A DNA stretch of 64,000 nucleotides from Tetramitus jugosus (lineage: Eukaryota; Protista; Heterolobosea): the NCBI GenBank assembly GCA_937625935.1, contig OW569360.1, positions 186,001-250,000 of the forward strand. The letters are read 5' to 3'. Below, piece by piece: positions 1-9,926 of the stretch. Position 1 is the first letter of the stretch, and each line of letters opens with the position of its first letter. The notes beneath the pieces were generated by a model that did no database searches, had not been told where the DNA came from, and saw only the letters and a list, made by a program, of their open reading frames with translations. Both the position numbers and the translations under genes were made by a program.

Positions 1-124
1 TTGTTGTGGTTGTGGTTCTGTCTGTTGTTGTTGTTGGTCCAATGTGAGCTGTGAAAATGGATGAGGAGAAATGCAGTTCAACAAATTGATTGAATATTCA
101 AATCGGTGAATTCCATTTCGTTTA

Positions 125-844
125 TTACTTGACTTTGACGGTTCTGCTCTCAAGGGAGAAAATGTTGACTGCTTGATCATTGTCAGCATCGTAATCGGAC
201 CATTCGCCCTCAGAGAAGTCAACCTCCATCTCTTCTTCGCTGTCCACTGGAGTTGCAACAATGCCTGTTTGATCATGATTCATTGGATCCCACGATTCCA
301 CATCTACTCCTCTGCAATCGAATTGAACCATGGTGACAAATCCATCGTCGCTTGATTTCTTCTCTGCTTCTTCCAATGTCCAAGGATGGAATGTTTCAAT
401 CAAGATGTCCACTTGACCCTTTCTCTCACAATTCTTGCACTTGTAATTCAAGTGTGTAGTTCCACGACCAGTGAGTTGTTCGACTTGATCATTGGCACAG
501 ATCTTTCGTTTCAGTTGTTACGAACGTAGCAAACAAACAGGACGAATGTGAGATAGAGAAAAAGCTCAAATTTGCTCGCAAAGAAAGAAATGAAAAAACT
601 GTGAAACAACAATTGATCATCATCATCATCGACATACAAATACATGCTTGTCAGAAATGGATTGACAGTGGGAACATTGAACTTTTAATCTCCAAGAGAA
701 AGATGAAGGATCACTCAATGAGATCTTGCTAATGTTTTCGGCTTCGAATTTGACTTGAAGAGCTAATTTCTATTGAAGAACAAGAGTGAGTTCACACCAA
801 TCACATCATTGACTGAAAAAGTTGAATTGAATACGTACTGGCAT
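125..844 (-). CDS. CZIB: CXXC-motif zinc-binding protein (DUF866/C1orf123 family), 3 exons: 844-839, 769-638, 502-125
   Basis: Spliced product MPKLALQVKFEAENI...KVQCSHC...GRGTTHLNYKCKNCERKG...FDCRG...GEWSDYD has both CxxC motifs. Introns 838-770 (GTACGT..TAG) and 637-503 (GTATGT..AAG) keep frame. Confidence 0.85.
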
Positions 845-984
845 CTTTTTTTTTCTTGTCTTTTGTTCAGGTCCTGATCTGTTGGTGAAAGCGGCATCCA
901 ATTTCTCCAAAAATAAGAAGGCTCTCGGTAAATTTATGGTTCGGATTTCTGATGTTTTTTGAAGGGAGAACAAAAACACCACAC

Positions 985-2802
985 ATGTCATTCAAACAGA
1001 CTCCTCCTGATCTTAATGGAAAGAATCAATACCTTGGTGATGCCACACTCCGTAGCATCATTCAATATTATTTTTTTGAAAAGTGTCCACCCAACAATGC
1101 CTGCGGCAGTAGTCAACCAAACAATCGGTGCATAAATGAGATTCATGACCAATTGATTCAATTCGGCTCCAGTGTTGTCTCCAAGACGATGCTCGACAAT
1201 CGATTCGCTGCAGAAAACGTCAACAACCATCCAAGGTTGCGCACGTTTGACGCTTGGCAGAACAGGATTGACCAATTGGAGATTCATGAGTCATGGAGGT
1301 ACTTTCAGTCCATTGCGGCAAAGGATGGGCTCGTAGCTACTGGATATGGCCCATTCAGAGAAAAATATGGTCCAATGGCACGTGTCCTTCAATTTGCAAA
1401 GCTGTATCTCTTTGATGCGAGCAGTGCAGTGTACACTTGTCCATTGGCAATGACAGATGGTGCCGCCAGGTTGTTAGAACTGCAATTGTCATCTCTGTCA
1501 AAGGCAACTGGTTCTCCTCAGTCGAATCATGCTCAAATTAGTGACCACAAGAAACAATTGTATTCTGGAGTGTTTAACCATTTGACCACCACTGATACAA
1601 ACCAGTTCTGGACCTCTGGGCAGTGGATGACGGAAAAAACTGGTGGTAGTGATGTCAGAGGCACACAAACCATTGCTACTCCTGTTCGTGGCACTGACTT
1701 GAAACATACAATTGGTTGCTATTATCACTTGAATGGATTCAAGTGGTTCACAAGTGCAACCGACTCACAGATTACACTGGCATTGGCCAAGATTGAAGGA
1801 TCAGATGATTTGTCACTGTTCTTGGTGCGTATTCGAGATGAGAAAACAGGAAAGTTGAATGGCATCAAGATTCACAAGTTGAAGGACAAGTTGGGAACCA
1901 AGGCTTTGCCAACAGCTGAACTTGCTCTAAAGAACACGGAAGCATTGCTTGTGAGCGAGCCTGGAAAGGGAGTACAAACCATTTCATGCATGTTGAACAT
2001 TACTCGTCTCTACAATTCCATTTGTGCCTGTTCTGCGATGAGAAGGATGATTGTAATCATCCAGGATTACAGCAACAAGAGAAAAACATTTGGAAAACTA
2101 TTGAAAGATCATGAGTTGTACACTCATTGGTTGGCCAAGATGGTCGCAGAGCAGATTGGATGCTTGCATCTAGTCATGAATGTCGTTCATATGCTGGGAA
2201 AGACAGAATGTGGTACGGCCAGCAAGTCTGATGAAGAGTTGCTTCGTTTATTGACTCCTGTCACAAAGTTATATACCGGCAAGCGTTGTGTCCAGTTGTT
2301 GTCTGAAGGAGTTGAGATGATGGGCGGTCAAGGATACATCGAGGATACTGGTATTCCAGCTCTTTTGAGGAATGGACAGGTGCTGCCAATTTGGGAAGGA
2401 ACAACCATCGTACTTTCATTAGATGTTCTCCGTGTATTGGTCAGAAATAGAGGGGCTATCGCTGTATGGGAGCAACGAATATTGCACACATTGGATGCCG
2501 CTTGTCAGAAGGAATCACAATTGGGTGCTGTATGTGAGAAGATTCGTGAAGCAGTCGCTCAGGTGATTCATTACTTGAAATCTTCATCGAAATCAGAGCT
2601 GAGACTACAACTGTATGCCAGAGAGCTCTCATTCTCTATTGCTCAAACATATATTGCTTCATTGCTCGTGCAACATGCAAACCACAATGTTGTTGAGCAG
2701 TTCTTACTTGATCATGAACCTCTAGCTCCAGTTAGAGATGTCCCAAACGAGGATCAAGACAAATCTATCGTGAATAGGGAGCAATTTGTTTCAAAATTGT
2801 AG
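985..2802 (+). CDS. AidB-like acyl-CoA dehydrogenase, probably peroxisomal
   Basis: CPLAMTDGA, GQWMTEKTGGSDV, LNGFKWFTSA, KDKLGTKALPTAE and IWEGT motifs; C-terminal SKL (PTS1). First ATG at 985. Confidence 0.88.
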   Translation: MSFKQTPPDLNGKNQYLGDATLRSIIQYYFFEKCPPNNACGSSQPNNRCINEIHDQLIQFGSSVVSKTMLDNRFAAENVNNHPRLRTFDAWQNRIDQLEIHESWRYFQSIAAKDGLVATGYGPFREKYGPMARVLQFAKLYLFDASSAVYTCPLAMTDGAARLLELQLSSLSKATGSPQSNHAQISDHKKQLYSGVFNHLTTTDTNQFWTSGQWMTEKTGGSDVRGTQTIATPVRGTDLKHTIGCYYHLNGFKWFTSATDSQITLALAKIEGSDDLSLFLVRIRDEKTGKLNGIKIHKLKDKLGTKALPTAELALKNTEALLVSEPGKGVQTISCMLNITRLYNSICACSAMRRMIVIIQDYSNKRKTFGKLLKDHELYTHWLAKMVAEQIGCLHLVMNVVHMLGKTECGTASKSDEELLRLLTPVTKLYTGKRCVQLLSEGVEMMGGQGYIEDTGIPALLRNGQVLPIWEGTTIVLSLDVLRVLVRNRGAIAVWEQRILHTLDAACQKESQLGAVCEKIREAVAQVIHYLKSSSKSELRLQLYARELSFSIAQTYIASLLVQHANHNVVEQFLLDHEPLAPVRDVPNEDQDKSIVNREQFVSKL

Positions 2803-2861
2803 TTGTTCTACGAGTCTTGAAACAGGTGCTTGGTTCCAATTCCTTGGATTCGGACAAAAAT

Positions 2862-3620
2862 ATGGACCGAAATATAATAACGAGCTCTGGAGCGGCTCAT
2901 GTAGATGCTTATCTCGAATATCGAATGTAAATTACTTTACCAATTAATGTTTATGTTCATCATTTCTGTTCATTAATACGTGTTATCATCATTGATTGAT
3001 TTTGATCATAATTCAGGATTGTAGGAAACAGAGATGGTGGTCATCTCTTGCCTGAACACGAGTATGAAAAGTTGAGGAAAGAGTTCTATGAGAACAGAGA
3101 GAAGAACAACTTCCATTCTGTGGATTATTCTTGGCTAGAAGGAGCACCCAGACCTCGACCTCGTTCAGAAAAGAACAAGCAGTTGAAGAATCAAAGCTCT
3201 ATGAGATTGTACTGTACAGATATTACTCCATTGGGTCTCTTAAACAAGTATGTACGACTATTCATGTGATTGCATCATCAACAACAAATCTTTGACAACA
3301 ACTGCAGAGAACCGTTCTCATCTCTCCCCGAGCCAACTCTGACAGCGAAGAGAGGAACCAGTAGAATGTTGTCAACCCCATCTACATCAAATAGGAACCA
3401 GAATACCACGAGTAATCGTCCAAGCAGAACTGCTGAACATTGTCCACAACCATTGTCCAGAACACAGACAACACCAGACCTGTCTGAAGTGGAGAAACTC
3501 ACTCAAATGCTTAGTGATACCTCTCTGAGTGCAGCTAAAAAGTATGGCATCAAGAAGGAGCTTCAAATGATCAAAGCCAGAGAAATACAACAAAAGAGAA
3601 GGCTCTTGTCGTCCGAATAA
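2862..3620 (+). CDS. FAM221-like N-terminal domain protein, 3 exons: 2862-2926, 3017-3247, 3308-3620
   Basis: Spliced N-terminus GAAHVDAYLEYRMIVGNRDGGHLLPEHEYEKLR resembles the FAM221A N-terminus as recalled. Introns 2927-3016 and 3248-3307 (GT..CAG) join the ORF-track fragments in frame. Confidence 0.65.
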
Positions 3621-3682
3621 AAAAAACTTCAAGCGTTTTGCTGAACAATTCTCGTTTCCAAGAAAAAAAAACGCGAGAGAAC

Positions 3683-5650
3683 ATGAGCAGCAGCGATCAC
3701 ATGAAGAAACAACAACAATCATCGTCCAATGTTCACATACTGACCGACACATCCTCTCTCAACAAGAGTGATGATGAAAAGTCAAAACAACATCAATCGA
3801 TTCGTATGGACGAACATGGTAATCTCATTGATCAAGATGGAAATGTGATTCATGTGACTGCAAAGTACACACCCACTCTATCAGTCAACAAGAAGCAACA
3901 ACAGCAACAACAGCAGCAGCATCGACGTACAACTACTGCCTCTTCATCCAATATTGCAAAAACAACATCAACAACAACAGCAGCAGCAGCACAACAAAAG
4001 AAGAGAACACTCATGGATTTTTATGATGAAGCAATGCAGGAAGAGTCCAGAAAACGATCCAAACAATTTCACAATCATCAAAAACATGGACAACATGGAC
4101 AACAACAACAACAGGAAGAAATCAACAACATCATGGGTACTAGAAAACGAAGACCACTTATGCTCCAGTTTCATGAACCAGGTGAGTTTGAACAGTTGGA
4201 ACAGAGAATCGAACAACAGAGAGAACAACAGTTGGAGCAAGAGAGACAACAGAAGCAGTTTGAACTTGATTTGGAGGTGAGAAGACAGTACATGAACGAA
4301 CAGAACAAGAAGTGGATTCAGTATCAGAACGATCAGATGAATCAAATGAAGAGTACGGTGCATTTGTACATGGGGATGAAGCCAGTGGTTCTCAGTGTGG
4401 ATGAATACTTGAATGCTTCTCTTCATTCGAAACAACAACAACAACAAGGAGAAGAAAACAAGTTGAAGAAGAATAGTACAAGTGGTGATGATCATAGCAA
4501 TGGAAGTGGTAGTGGTACTGATGGTGGTGGTGGTGGTGGTAGTGGTGGTGACAGTGATGATGTAGAGCTAAAAAGAATGCTTCAATCATCTCTGATTGTG
4601 CCTCATTCAGTGATTGAACAATCAAAGCCACCTGGTATTGAATGGTGGGATCAATTGGTTCTCCCTGTGAAACAATTCGAAGAGAGCAAGGAGTTGGATC
4701 AGTTGACCTATGATGATTTTGTTGTTGCGAATGAACAACAGCAGAATGAACCACCATTGTTTCAATTGCACGAGAAGAGAGTCACTCGAAATCTCATTGA
4801 ACACGATGTTCCACTTAGCAATGAATCATTGGATCAACACTTGAATCAGACGATTATTATGCCCCTGATGATGACTGCACGCGAGCGAAAGAGACTCAAA
4901 ACACAACAGAGACTAGAACGTGAAAGAGAGAAGCAACTCAAGATTCGACAGGGTCTGATACCAGCTCCTGCACCCAAGGCCAATCTCAAGAACTTTATGA
5001 AAGTCTACATGAATGATGGTACGCAGGATCCAACAAAGCTTGAGAAGAAGATTATTCAAGAGATCGAACAGCGTAAGAAGAACCACGATATGAGAAATGA
5101 GGAAAAGAAACTCACATGGGAGCAGAAGAAGGCCAAAAGAGAAGAAAAGTTGGGTGCGGATGAGTCGAATGAACTGGTCTGTGTAATATATCGGATACCT
5201 GACAATGGAGCTGCACTGTCTCACCCTCAGAATCGATTCAAGCTTAACACCAATGCAAAACAGTTTAAAATATCAGGTACTATCATTCTATTCAACGGTG
5301 CCAGTGAAGGCACAAACGGACTGTTGATTGCAGAAGGTGGAGCAAAGGCAGTGAAAAAGTTTTGTCATGTCATTGAGAATCGAATCGGATGGAACTTGAG
5401 ATTCAACAAGGGCAAGGAAAATGCAACAGACAATCATGATGGGAATATGGAGACGAATGACGATGAAAATGATGACGATGAAGATGACGACCAAGAGAAG
5501 AGCGGCAAATGTCAATTCATGTGGAAGGGAACCATTGAAAACCGAAGTTTCAAATTCTTCAAGTCACAACAACTGTTTAGTGATGAGAACACAGCCCGAA
5601 ATTATCTCAATAGCTTTGGTATTGCCCATTACATGGATCATTTGAGCTAA
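3683..5650 (+). CDS. PRPF3: U4/U6 snRNP protein Prp3
   Basis: PGIEWWD, MTARERKRL...EKQLKIRQGLIPAPAPKANLKNFM, DPTKLE and C-terminal DUF1115-like (RFKLNTNAKQ, EGGAKAVKKF, CQFMWKG) motifs. Confidence 0.92.
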   Translation: MSSSDHMKKQQQSSSNVHILTDTSSLNKSDDEKSKQHQSIRMDEHGNLIDQDGNVIHVTAKYTPTLSVNKKQQQQQQQQHRRTTTASSSNIAKTTSTTTAAAAQQKKRTLMDFYDEAMQEESRKRSKQFHNHQKHGQHGQQQQQEEINNIMGTRKRRPLMLQFHEPGEFEQLEQRIEQQREQQLEQERQQKQFELDLEVRRQYMNEQNKKWIQYQNDQMNQMKSTVHLYMGMKPVVLSVDEYLNASLHSKQQQQQGEENKLKKNSTSGDDHSNGSGSGTDGGGGGGSGGDSDDVELKRMLQSSLIVPHSVIEQSKPPGIEWWDQLVLPVKQFEESKELDQLTYDDFVVANEQQQNEPPLFQLHEKRVTRNLIEHDVPLSNESLDQHLNQTIIMPLMMTARERKRLKTQQRLEREREKQLKIRQGLIPAPAPKANLKNFMKVYMNDGTQDPTKLEKKIIQEIEQRKKNHDMRNEEKKLTWEQKKAKREEKLGADESNELVCVIYRIPDNGAALSHPQNRFKLNTNAKQFKISGTIILFNGASEGTNGLLIAEGGAKAVKKFCHVIENRIGWNLRFNKGKENATDNHDGNMETNDDENDDDEDDDQEKSGKCQFMWKGTIENRSFKFFKSQQLFSDENTARNYLNSFGIAHYMDHLS

Positions 5651-5740
5651 ACACTGCCGCATTTGATCAACCAAATGCATACCAAAAATAAACATTTCAT
5701 GCGCACTCCTCCAGCAAACAAACAACAAACCAACAAAAAA

Positions 5741-6211
5741 ATGTTCAAATCAACCCATAGAGTGTCATCATCGATTGCACGCCATTTACTCTCTGCATCA
5801 CCAAGAACAGCAGCAACAACTACAAGATTCTTCCATTCATCTGCTTGTCTCTCATCATCCTCACGTGTCATCTACATCAAGGATGCCACTCAATTCGATG
5901 AAAAGATCAAGAGTGCAACAGTTCCAGTTCTCGTTGATGTCTATGCTGACTGGTGTGGACCATGCAAGACCTTGGCACCAATTTTGGACAAGATCTCTCA
6001 AGAGTACGAAGGAAAGATTGAGATTGTGAAAATCAATGCAGATGAATGCTCCGATGTTGTCGAAGACTTGGAAGTTCAAGCTCTGCCAACCATGATTGGA
6101 TTCGTGAATGGAAAGCAAGTCGAGAAGAAGCTCGTGGGTCTTCAACCAAGAACCTATCTGTTGGAATACATGAGAGAACATTTGAACATTGAGCTTAACA
6201 AGGAACACTAA
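5741..6211 (+). CDS. Mitochondrial-type thioredoxin
   Basis: WCGPC active site; Arg/Ser-rich, acid-free N-terminal presequence. Start could be an upstream ATG. Confidence 0.9.
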   Translation: MFKSTHRVSSSIARHLLSASPRTAATTTRFFHSSACLSSSSRVIYIKDATQFDEKIKSATVPVLVDVYADWCGPCKTLAPILDKISQEYEGKIEIVKINADECSDVVEDLEVQALPTMIGFVNGKQVEKKLVGLQPRTYLLEYMREHLNIELNKEH

Positions 6212-6281
6212 ATAAATTGATTTGTCAATTGAGTGAGATCAAAAGAGTGAGCGTCCGTCCAATAATTGATTTATTTTTGAC

Positions 6282-9200
6282 TTATCTTCTATTGAACTGA
6301 TTACTTTGCTTGTTCGAATAGGCCTTCGTTCTCGTTCGAGACTTTTGAACATGACCCAAGAAGGGTTGCTTGATCACGAGCTGTGGCATGACTTCAATGA
6401 TTTCACTCTCTTCTTCTTCATCTTGCATGTGTTCATTCTCGCCCAACCAGCCAATCTTCTTCATAAAGTCAACAGGTTTCGTATCTGAAACACCACCTTG
6501 TTCATCTGAAGCGGCAGTATCAGCATTGCTGTCGAATGAACTACTTCTAGAATTGCCGTTGCTTCTTGAGGAAGATGACTCGTCCTCTTCTTCATCTGAA
6601 TCCTGCTTGAGCTTCTTCTTTTGCTTGTTTCTCTTTCTGTTCTTGTGAGATAGCTTGTAAATCTCATTGAGTGAGGAGGGCACTCGTTCATCAGGTGGTG
6701 TCAGCGAGTGATCATTGTTGACTGGTTCAGACCTCTTGGGCTGGGCTGGTGTGACAGTTTGTGTGGCTAGAGTCGTATCGATTGGTGGCATATGAACACC
6801 TTTGACAGGAGAGGTCAATTGAGCCAAGCTGAAGCTATTACGAATTTCAGCCATCTTGGTGTAGTGTCCCTCGTCATCATCTTCAGCGACAACAGATTGA
6901 TTGACTCCCATGGCAACATCTGTATCCTCTTCATCAGCACCTCCATTGAAGAAGAGTGACGAAGTCGATGATTGTCTAATGGTGACTGACCGATTTTGTT
7001 GTTGCTTCTTGGTTAATGGAGTTGCTAGAGCAATATCATTGTCTTCTGTTGTTTCCTTCTCATCACCTGACTCATCCTCGCAATCAGAAAAGTCTAACCG
7101 AGAAATGGTTGAATCTGGCTTCTCAATCCATCCTGCGACTTGATACAGTTGATCAGTGCTCAGAACTGGTGATTCCAACTTGATCAAATGCCTCGATGTT
7201 ACCTCTGGTGTTTTGATCACAGCATTGGATAGGGAGGCAGATGCCCTGAGAAGGGAGGATGCATGTTTGCTTGGAGCAGAGTTCTTTGCCATTGGAGTGG
7301 ATAGTTTTTCAGCTTGTTTGGATGATGTGTTATTCACACTGGAGCTACCACTGGTTGCTATTGTTGATGGCAATGGTTGAATCAATCGATCATCTGCTCT
7401 TCCGAGCTTGACAGCTTGTTGAATCAATTCAACCAACAGAGCAGCATCTCTTCTGACCAACTTTGGTACGGGTGTGCAAATTTGCATCAACTTTTGAATG
7501 TCTGTTGGTTTTTGTTCTGCAATCGTAATCATCATGTGATCGGGGAGAACAAATCGAATGGATTCATCTTCCTTACGTGCCACAGTATCTCTCCACTTGT
7601 ACAATATACGAACAATTTCCTCTTGTTGACTCTTGAGTGAACTAGAGTCACTCACAGTGTTGAAATTGGTCATCATTGCCAAGTGATTGTTACGTCTGTT
7701 CCAGTGTCTATTCACCACTTGAAGATAGGACGTCTCAGTGAACAATTCCTTCTCGTACCTTCTCAGACAAATGTCTCTGCTCATCTTGAGCACATCATCC
7801 AAATACTCTGCTCCATTGGAAGGTGATTTATCAAACAAATCACGTCTCAACCGATCATAAATGTACAACAGGTAATGTGTGTCCTGTCTCGCATACTTGA
7901 CCATCTCACTTGGCAATGGACGAATTCTCCAATCAGACAATTGATACTTTTTGTCTGCAATGACACCACAATAGTGCTTCAACAGATAGGCATAGGAGAG
8001 ACCAGGCAGACCAAGTGCTTGAGCTGCTCTTCCCGTGTCAAACAAATTGACCACGTACAGTCCAAAGTCACGCTGCAGCCACAAAATGTCACAATCTGAT
8101 CCGTGCATCACCTTTACAATTTTTGGATTGGTGAAACTAGAGTTCAACACGTGCAAGTGATCTCTCAACTCCAACGTATCAATCAAATAGTCTTGTTCTC
8201 GAGTACTAATCTGCATCAGACAGACAAAGCCTTGGAATGTTCTGTACGAGTGCTGCTCCAAATCAATTGCAAAATCCACTTGTCCATCCAACAGGGCAGA
8301 CAATTGATAGAGGTCCTTTGTGGTGTGAACCCATGTGCAAGAATTGTTGTTAAATCCCTTGTACATTTGAATGCCATTGCTATGATTGGTGGTAGCAGTA
8401 GTAGCATTAGTGGTAGGTGTCTTGGATGGATCATTGATTTGCCAATCCATAAACTCGAGAGACAACAATTCTGCTTCATAGGGATGATAGTTGGATTGGC
8501 GTGTCGGTGGTCCACCCACACCCATTCCAATTCCCATTTGAAATGGAAAAGAGGCATCCAACATGGAAGATTCTTGATGATCACCATCATTCTCATCATC
8601 GTCCATGGATCCATTATTGTGATTCTTCCTCCGTAGACTCTGTTCGAGTGAAGCAACAGATGCATTGGGTTTCTCATTTAATTTGGGTACGAATGGAGTG
8701 TTGCTATTGTCAATCTTCCATTTCAATTGTGGTCGAACAATGCTTGTTGTTGTTGTTGCTGTTGCAGCAGCAGAAGCAGTGTTGTTGTTAGTATTATTAT
8801 TCATAGTATTATTGTTGTTGTTGTCATTCAATAACTTTCCAGTGTTATAAATATGATTCAACTCATCCAATGCAACATCTACATTCTCATAGTATTGATC
8901 AAGAACGTCAACAGTGGTCTCAAACATGTGACCCATGTCATCAGTGTCATTTGGTTCCAACTCATCAAATCCACACTTGCTAATCAATGTGGATAATGAA
9001 CTATTATATGAAGGAATCATGTGTGTGTGAGTAAGTGATTCAAGTGATGGATTCATTGATCAATTTTTAGTTGTTGATGATGATAATAATGTGAAAGGTA
9101 CATACTTTTGAATTTGATGAGCATGCTTCTCCATCAAGTCATAAAATGGTTGACTTGTTGCTCGATAGAATGAATAAGAGTCTGATTTTGGCAGACCATG

Positions 9201-9509
9201 AGATGCTCGAATTCCCTTGTGCAATTCACCAAACAAGTCTTGAATAAACTTGTTGATTGGCACATCATTCATTGTCACATTGGATTCAGCAGTTGCCTTT
9301 TTTAATAATTCAATTCTTTCATTAATGTTCTCAATCGTAGTACTATTACTATTACTATTAGTAGCAGTAGCAATAGTAGTCGTCGCAGAAGGAGTGGTTG
9401 TTGTCGTAGTACTCGTGGTAGTCGAGTGATTGGTATTGTTGTTGTTGTGATTCGACTTGTGTTGCTTTTTGGCAACGTATTGCTTCTTATTTTGTGAATG
9501 TTTCTTCAT
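6282..9509 (-). CDS. RRP6: Nuclear exosome 3'-5' exonuclease Rrp6, 2 exons (intron 9105-9001)
   Basis: PMC2NT-like N-exon; FAIDLEQHSYRTFQGFVCLMQIST, HGSDCDILWLQRDFG and YARQDTHYLL exonuclease motifs; HRDC (WRDTVARKEDES). GTATGT..TAG intron restores frame. Confidence 0.93.
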
Positions 9510-9926
9510 GATTCGATTCTTGGGGGTATTTCTTCTCCAAAATTTGGTGATGATGATTGATGTATGGTGAGATTTTAAACAAATTGATGCAATCTCTCCA
9601 GTGACTAGTGTCGAATATTGTTCGATTCGAGTTTGTTTGTTTGTTGTTGTTGGTTGTGTTGTGTTTTTGAACCCAATGAGAATTGCACGCGCAAAATCAA
9701 TCTTTTCCGTTGTGTTTTTTGTGTTTCTTGATTGTGCCTCTTTCACGTGTGTGAATTAACCGTTTTGTCCTCAAATTCGTTGAATATCAATTCGTTTCAT
9801 CAATCGGTGTATTAGACAATATTTCCCCTACATGATCAATGGAGAAATACAAAAAAGCCAATCGACAACAAAAGGAAGCACAAAAACACCGAAATCATCA
9901 TCATCATCATCATTATCCATGATACC

